Shown here: piece by piece, positions 58,824 through 64,000 of the stretch
Layout: every line of letters begins with the position of its first letter
Position numbering within the stretch: position 1 is the first letter of the stretch
Assembly (NCBI GenBank): GCA_003157015.1
Contig: PMIJ01000114.1
Coordinates: 15,240-79,239, forward strand
Length of the DNA stretch: 64,000 nucleotides
Direction: 5' to 3'
Origin: Bacteroidales bacterium
GTDB lineage: Bacteria; Bacteroidota; Bacteroidia; Bacteroidales; VadinHA17
The notes under the pieces: model-generated
Seen by the model: the letters and a program-made list of their open reading frames with translations, nothing else
Told to the model about the DNA's origin: nothing
The model's database searches: none
Position numbers and translations under genes: made by a program

Positions 58824-60275
58824 TTAATACCATTTTAAAGTTTTTCCTTTTGTTCTGACCTTGTCAAAATAAAGATTGTAAGATGCTCCAAATCTGAGCC
58901 ATATCGGACCTATATGGTAAAAATCAGATTTCAGATAATCGGCACCGAGAGAAAACGAAAGATCCTTCTTTGTCCATACAATTGAGAAGGCCGGGATTAT
59001 CCTGAATTTATTGGCAGGCACCATTAAGGTCCCTTTGAGTTCATTTCCAAAAGAATATCCTGCAGTCAGTGAGGCTGATAATCCAAAATTGCCTCTGAAA
59101 GGGTCATCTGTCAGAGAAAAATCTTTAAATACCCCTGCATAAAAAAGTGAACCCTTATCCATGTACTGATAGAATAAGTGTTCAGATTGTTTGACGAGCA
59201 CTCTGGTGTACCATAATTTGGTATCCATACCTAATATTATACCTCCGTTAAGGTATGGTTCCCTGAATGACAAACTTACCCCGGTATAAATGTCACGCGT
59301 AAAAAACCTTGTGGATGCCGTTATATCTACCTGGTCTATCTCATACTTAATTTTCCCCGGAATTTTATTGGTGTCAAGAATTTTGAGAATATCCTTTCTT
59401 CGGTATTTTGAGGCAATAATATACGGATTGATAGCATTATTTTCCAAGGCAGCCCATTTGTCACCAATTTTAAGAAGAAATTGAGTCGCATCTTTCTGAT
59501 TGGCGATTATAGTTAGCGACAAAGCGTTGTGATTTGAATTATTTGTTGCATAGATGTCGGCTCCTTTTACAAACAAAAGTCTCATTAGTAATGTGTCTCC
59601 GTTAAGTGCCGCCATCAGAAAGGCCGTAAATCCCTCATTATCCCTTGTCTCAAGATTAGCGTGATTCTGAATCAGAATATCTGTTATATCAGCATTGCCA
59701 GCCCAGATAGAGGCGAAAAGAGGAGTTGATCCGTCAACAGTTTTTTTATCTATTGAAGCATTATAATAAAGCAGCAGATCGACCAATTGAAAATATCCGT
59801 AAACTGAAGCATAATGAAGAGCTGTTGCGTCATATTTGTCACTGGCATCAATATCGGCACCCTCTCTTATAAGAGCTTCAGCAATCTCGGGATTCTGATT
59901 TTTTACTGCGATTATAAGTGGAGTTACAGTCTGGGAAGTCACCTTATTTACATCTGATCCATAATCAATAAGCAACTTGGCAGCTTCGGTCTGGTTATTG
60001 GAAACTGCAAAAATGAGAGGAGTGGCGCCCTGATCGGTTTCTGCAAAGATATCAGCTCCATTATTGATAAGCCGGGTAATTTCAGAGACGTACCCTTTTG
60101 AAGCGGCAACCATCAGGTTGTAGTCAAGTGCTCCTTTATAAAATGAAGGAATATATTCAGTGGTATCAATATAGACAGTATCATTATCTGGAATTTGAGA
60201 GATTATATCTCCTGATACTAAAATTAGTGTCAGTGTAAAAAGAATCTTTATTTTTTGGAGGTTCTTTGACAGCAT
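58824..60275 (-). CDS. Exported ankyrin-repeat protein with a C-terminal beta-rich domain
   Basis: Signal-like N-terminus; about eight TPL/TAL..A...G repeats; C-terminal alternating aromatic strands. Confidence 0.85.
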   Translation of the reverse strand: MLSKNLQKIKILFTLTLILVSGDIISQIPDNDTVYIDTTEYIPSFYKGALDYNLMVAASKGYVSEITRLINNGADIFAETDQGATPLIFAVSNNQTEAAKLLIDYGSDVNKVTSQTVTPLIIAVKNQNPEIAEALIREGADIDASDKYDATALHYASVYGYFQLVDLLLYYNASIDKKTVDGSTPLFASIWAGNADITDILIQNHANLETRDNEGFTAFLMAALNGDTLLMRLLFVKGADIYATNNSNHNALSLTIIANQKDATQFLLKIGDKWAALENNAINPYIIASKYRRKDILKILDTNKIPGKIKYEIDQVDITASTRFFTRDIYTGVSLSFREPYLNGGIILGMDTKLWYTRVLVKQSEHLFYQYMDKGSLFYAGVFKDFSLTDDPFRGNFGLSASLTAGYSFGNELKGTLMVPANKFRIIPAFSIVWTKKDLSFSLGADYLKSDFYHIGPIWLRFGASYNLYFDKVRTKGKTLKWY

Positions 60276-60457
60276 AGAATACAAAGTTAATTTTTTGATT
60301 CTTTTTATAAAAGAAACTAACACACATTATATATTTTTTTATGAGTATCGGCAATCATGCATAAAAACCGATAGATTTTGGCTTCGCCGAGCTCCGCTAC
60401 GCTTCGGTTCTTCGTTTACCCCGGCTCCGCCACTGGCGGAGAGCGAAGAACCGAGTC

Positions 60458-60578
60458 CCGATTTATCGGGACGAGCTCGACGCAGTCAAAATCAATTTAC
60501 TCCCCTTGGGGATGGGGTAAATAAATTGATTTTCAAGAGGTTTGCACCTAAATTTATTCATTTTTTTTCTTTTTCCCT
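60458..60578. repeat. About 120-bp direct repeat, copy 1 (copy 2 at 61226-61345)
   Basis: ccgatttatcgggacgagctcgacgcagtc...ctttttccct; the copies differ by one substitution and one T in a run. Confidence 0.9.
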
Positions 60579-60821
60579 TAAACAAAAAATACAGTGTCAT
60601 TCGGAGACCTCATGCAATTTTGCACACCAGGTATTTATGACAAGTATACAAGTATCAGATTATTATCGACATATAAAATATTATAATTAATCTATGGTTT
60701 GAGGTTTTAAGAATCGATATAATATGAAGAAAGGCCGTAGGCCTTAGATATTGTAACATCGGGCTTTGCCCGATGTCGAACTTCAACAAAAATTATCAAG
60801 CCCCGTAGTGGGCGAAATAAA

Positions 60822-60969
60822 AAGTGCATCAACACCTGAATTACTGACTGAAAATCCACCATAACCATCCTGCCAATAGAAGTTGCTGTAATGTACTCCC
60901 TTAGTTTTTATCCACTTAGATGAACTTTTTTTGACCTCTTCTGCAAGATCAGCCTGAGTCATGGTCTGG
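60822..60969 (-). pseudogene. Internal fragment of an IS200/IS605-type (Y1 / RAYT-like) transposase
   Basis: Hand translation: QTMTQADLAEEVKKSSSKWIKTKGVHYSNFYWQDGYGGFSVSNSGVDA. The HUH motif and catalytic Tyr helix are missing. Confidence 0.85.
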
Positions 60970-61631
60970 ATTTATTTCGCCCGCTACGGGGCTCATTAAG
61001 CTTTTGTAACTTTATTTGCAGGGCGTTGCCCTGCTTTAATGTATTTTGCCCCTGACGGGGCTAATCAAAAACAATCTGGTCCGGATTATTTCACCAATGG
61101 CATTAGAATTTAAATTTAAGTTCCACAATCTCAAAGACTTCAAACTGTACTACTATGGATTAAGTGTTTTTAAGCAAGCAAAATAATAAATGTTGTCATT
61201 AGATGCACCAGCGAGGAACCCGGTACCGATTTATCGGGACGAGCTCGACGCAGTCAAAATCAATTTACTCCCCTTGGGGATGGGGTAAATAAATTGATTT
61301 TCAAGAGGTTTGCTCCTAAATTTATTCATTTTTTTCTTTTTCCCTGACATTAAAATAGAGCTAACCGAAGGTAATTTCACAGTAAATTATAAGTAATTTC
61401 TGATACTCATTTTTTTTTACGACAGGTAATGTCCGTTTCATCAAATCAAATCGTATGACAAAATATTTTCTATATACTTTAAACCAATAATTTACGTTCA
61501 GTTATAGGCTACATCATAATTCCTGTGTTAAAAACCTTAATTATTATTCAATTTAGGATTTTTTATAGTAATCTTGACGTGAGTTAAGGAATACTTTTTA
61601 TTTTTGTCTGGTGAAAACTGATTCGGAGCCG

Positions 61632-62942
61632 ATGAGAAAAGGCAAAATATTATTGATTACACTCTTGTTTTTATTCTTAAGTTCCAATCCTGGAGCAAAA
61701 GAAAACAGCTTCATTCTGGTTGATAAGCTTGTACCTTATAATGTAAGATTGACAAATAGTTTTTCATCGGGGAGTGAGTTCGCCGGTGTCGAAAAAACAG
61801 TGGATGCATTTTTAAAAAAGTGGACAATCGCAGGCGCATCAATAGCCATCGCGAAAGACGGTAAGCTGATTTTTGCACGAGGATTTGGATATGCCGATAC
61901 GGCCTTAAAAATTGAAACCCAGCCATATAGCCAGTTCAGAATTGCCAGCATCTCGAAGCTGGTTACGGCTGTTGGAATCATGAAGCTTCAGGAAGATGGA
62001 AAGCTGGCTTTGACCGATAGTGTTTTTGGCTCAAGAGGAATTCTGAATGATTCTTACTACGGTGTGCCCAGAGACAAAAGAGTTTATAGAATAAACGTTG
62101 CCGAGCTTCTGGGCCATGAAGCCGGATGGACACAACGTTATGGAGATCAGATGTTTATGCCCTTAGTGGTAGCTGAGAAGATGGGAATTAAACCTCCTGT
62201 CGACACTAAAGCAATTGTAAAATTTGTTCTTGGAAAAAATCTTAATTATACCCCTGGTACAGAAAAAGCATATTCAAATCTGGGCTACAGTATACTGGGC
62301 CTGATCATTGAAAAAGTATCAGGTATACCTTACGAAGATTATTGCAGAAAGACAATTTTGGAACCGCTGGGTATTTATGATATGAAAATTGCCGGAAATC
62401 TGCCTTCAGAAAAAGCGCCTTTCGAAGTTACTTATTATGAACCTTCTGATGTAGTAAAGAAACCTTCAATATATGGTACAGGAGAAATGGTGCCTTCATG
62501 TTACGGAGGAAATGATATAAAAACACTGGGAGGTGCAGGTGCATGGATTGCTACTGCTCCAGATCTTATGAGGATCTTATTAGCTATAGATGGTTTTAAA
62601 ACCCGTCCGGATATTCTTTCTGATCAGAGCATCAGATTCATGACAGACGCCAACAATGGCTTTGCACCAGTCGGATGGAAAGGAACAGTATTAGATGGCA
62701 CATGGTGGAGGACCGGTTCTTTTCCCGGTAGTGCAGGTATGATGAAAAGACAATCTGACGGAATTTCCTGGGTTGTTCTCTTCAATTCAAGCGCATGGAA
62801 CGGTCCTGAAATCTACAACTATATCAGTAATATGATGACTCGGGCGATAGCTAAAATTGACCCATGGCCTGATTATGACCTTTTCAACTTTTCAATACCG
62901 GTACCTCTGAAAACAAACTTGTCGGAATATTCAAGCAGGTGA
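61632..62942 (+). CDS. Serine hydrolase, beta-lactamase class C family, secreted
   Basis: FRIASISK (SxxK), LLGHEAG and YSNLGY (YxN) motifs. Probable start MRKGK. Confidence 0.9.
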   Translation: MRKGKILLITLLFLFLSSNPGAKENSFILVDKLVPYNVRLTNSFSSGSEFAGVEKTVDAFLKKWTIAGASIAIAKDGKLIFARGFGYADTALKIETQPYSQFRIASISKLVTAVGIMKLQEDGKLALTDSVFGSRGILNDSYYGVPRDKRVYRINVAELLGHEAGWTQRYGDQMFMPLVVAEKMGIKPPVDTKAIVKFVLGKNLNYTPGTEKAYSNLGYSILGLIIEKVSGIPYEDYCRKTILEPLGIYDMKIAGNLPSEKAPFEVTYYEPSDVVKKPSIYGTGEMVPSCYGGNDIKTLGGAGAWIATAPDLMRILLAIDGFKTRPDILSDQSIRFMTDANNGFAPVGWKGTVLDGTWWRTGSFPGSAGMMKRQSDGISWVVLFNSSAWNGPEIYNYISNMMTRAIAKIDPWPDYDLFNFSIPVPLKTNLSEYSSR

Positions 62943-62944
62943 TC

Positions 62945-63670
62945 ATGTGCTTTACGGTAAACGTTAACCTTATAAAAGAGGAGCTTGAAAACCGTTATGG
63001 TGCCACCCTGATCGATCCTGATAAGTATCGTCCCAGTTATTATTATCATGCGTTCGGTCTACCTTCAATTCCTGCCGTTTGCTCAGCCAATCCTTCAAAA
63101 ATTCAACTCCTGAAGTGGGGATTGATACCTTCCTTTACAAAAAGCATTGATGACGCCAATATAATAAGATATAAAACATTTAATGCCAGATCAGAGACAA
63201 TCTCAGCTAAACCATCATTTTCTTCTTCTTTCAGGTCAAAAAGATGCATTATTCCCGTAATTGGTTTCTATGAGTGGCAGCATGTTGGCAATGAGAAGAT
63301 ACCCTGGTATATTTATCATTCTGAAAATGAAATTTTGTCTATCGCCGGAATCTACAATGACTGGATCGAAGACAACACAGGGGAGGTCTTAAGTACTTTC
63401 TCGATTGTTACCACTGAAGCAAATGATATGATGGCACATATTCATAACTCAGGCAAGCGTATGCCTGCTATTCTCAGTAAATCTGCTGAAACCAGATGGA
63501 TAAACAATTCCATTACGGAGTCTGATGCACTTGATATTTTAAAGCCTTTACCTGACGGGATTCTTAAAGCCCATACTATCGGTCCTCTTATTAATTCAAG
63601 GTCAATGGATAGGAATACCCCTGAGATCATTCAACCATACATCTATCCCGGGGAGAATTTATTATTTTAA
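62945..63670 (+). CDS. SRAP family (YedK/HMCES) abasic-site processing protein
   Basis: N-terminal Met-Cys (ATG at 62945), WGLIP, FNARSET, GFYEW and HNS.KRMP motifs. Confidence 0.9.
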   Translation: MCFTVNVNLIKEELENRYGATLIDPDKYRPSYYYHAFGLPSIPAVCSANPSKIQLLKWGLIPSFTKSIDDANIIRYKTFNARSETISAKPSFSSSFRSKRCIIPVIGFYEWQHVGNEKIPWYIYHSENEILSIAGIYNDWIEDNTGEVLSTFSIVTTEANDMMAHIHNSGKRMPAILSKSAETRWINNSITESDALDILKPLPDGILKAHTIGPLINSRSMDRNTPEIIQPYIYPGENLLF

Positions 63671-63742
63671 AGAAAGGTATGTGGTACGCGTTTTTCGGTT
63701 TGCGGAAAGAAGACCCACCGCGTGCCGCACACCGGTAACCGG

Positions 63743-64000
63743 TTATTGCGCCACAAATTCATAAGTAAGCATGCCTAGTTGAATTCTGGGTGAACTGGCA
63801 TCGGGATTAAAACGGGATATCAGGGCAGTATTTATAGCAGTTTCAATCAGACATGGATCTGAAGCAGTGCTTTCTCTGTCAACGATTTGCGCCTTTTGAA
63901 CGACTCCATTCTGGTCAACTTCAATTGAAAGAACAACCTTGCCTGATCCCTCGCATTTATAAATCGGTATCGGGAGATAAAGATGATTCCTGTTTACCAG
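63743..64000 (-). CDS. TonB C-terminal-like domain protein (C-terminal part only)
   Basis: Hand translation: ...LPIPIYKCEGSGKVVLSIEVDQNGVVQKA...ARF-like SRFNPD...GMLTYEFVAQ*. Confidence 0.75.
   Translation of the reverse strand: MVNRNHLYLPIPIYKCEGSGKVVLSIEVDQNGVVQKAQIVDRESTASDPCLIETAINTALISRFNPDASSPRIQLGMLTYEFVAQ

Noticed and set aside
53886-60690. ORFs 53886-54131, 53899-54159, 58042-58272 and 60295-60690
   Set aside because: They are translations of REP-like palindromic DNA (low-complexity Pro/Gly/Arg-rich text), not credible proteins.
61632-62942. Antibiotic-resistance beta-lactamase
   Set aside because: SxxK and YxN motifs are shared by many esterases and peptidases of this family, and nothing specific indicates AmpC activity.
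945-63630. Numerous 60-160 aa ORFs antisense to or nested in long genes (e.g. 4781-5164, 8572-9042, 29378-29827, 34367-34804)
   Set aside because: They are shadow ORFs of well-supported genes and have no recognisable motifs.

Overview
A 64 kb chromosomal window from a Bacteroidota bacterium, probably an anaerobic Bacteroidales (SusC/SusD pair, TAnnTTTG promoter elements, many lipoprotein signal peptides). It has five functional blocks. (1) 1-15.7 kb: a divergent hexuronate locus. The minus strand carries uxaC, a mannonate oxidoreductase, a PPi-type PFK-family kinase, a HAD hydrolase, a LarA-family epimerase, a Gfo/Idh/MocA oxidoreductase, gnd, exuT and a LacI regulator. The plus strand carries GH105, a four-helix-bundle gene, GH5, kduI and kduD. 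(2) 18.9-23.5 kb: a YeeE/YedE and rhodanese sulfur-handling module. (3) 24.6-42.9 kb: a 12-gene co-oriented operon that is the best candidate for an undescribed system. It encodes hydrazine-synthase-like alpha and fused beta/gamma heme proteins, a DAHP synthase lacking a regulatory domain, a chorismatase-like Rid protein, an asparagine-synthetase-like ligase, a RaSEA-like radical SAM enzyme, two orphan solute-binding proteins and several FG-GAP/ASPIC propellers. (4) 43.5-57.4 kb: a FISUMP lipoprotein, an OmpR-type two-component system, an IS231-like non-autonomous cassette, and susC-susD-VCBS. (5) 57.4-64 kb: lipoproteins, an ankyrin protein, a REP-bracketed Y1 transposase fragment, a serine hydrolase, SRAP and a partial TonB-like gene. 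Intergenic spaces are rich in short tandem arrays and REP-like palindromes. I saw no rRNA, tRNA or CRISPR array. All assignments come from motif recognition by eye; no database searches were run.
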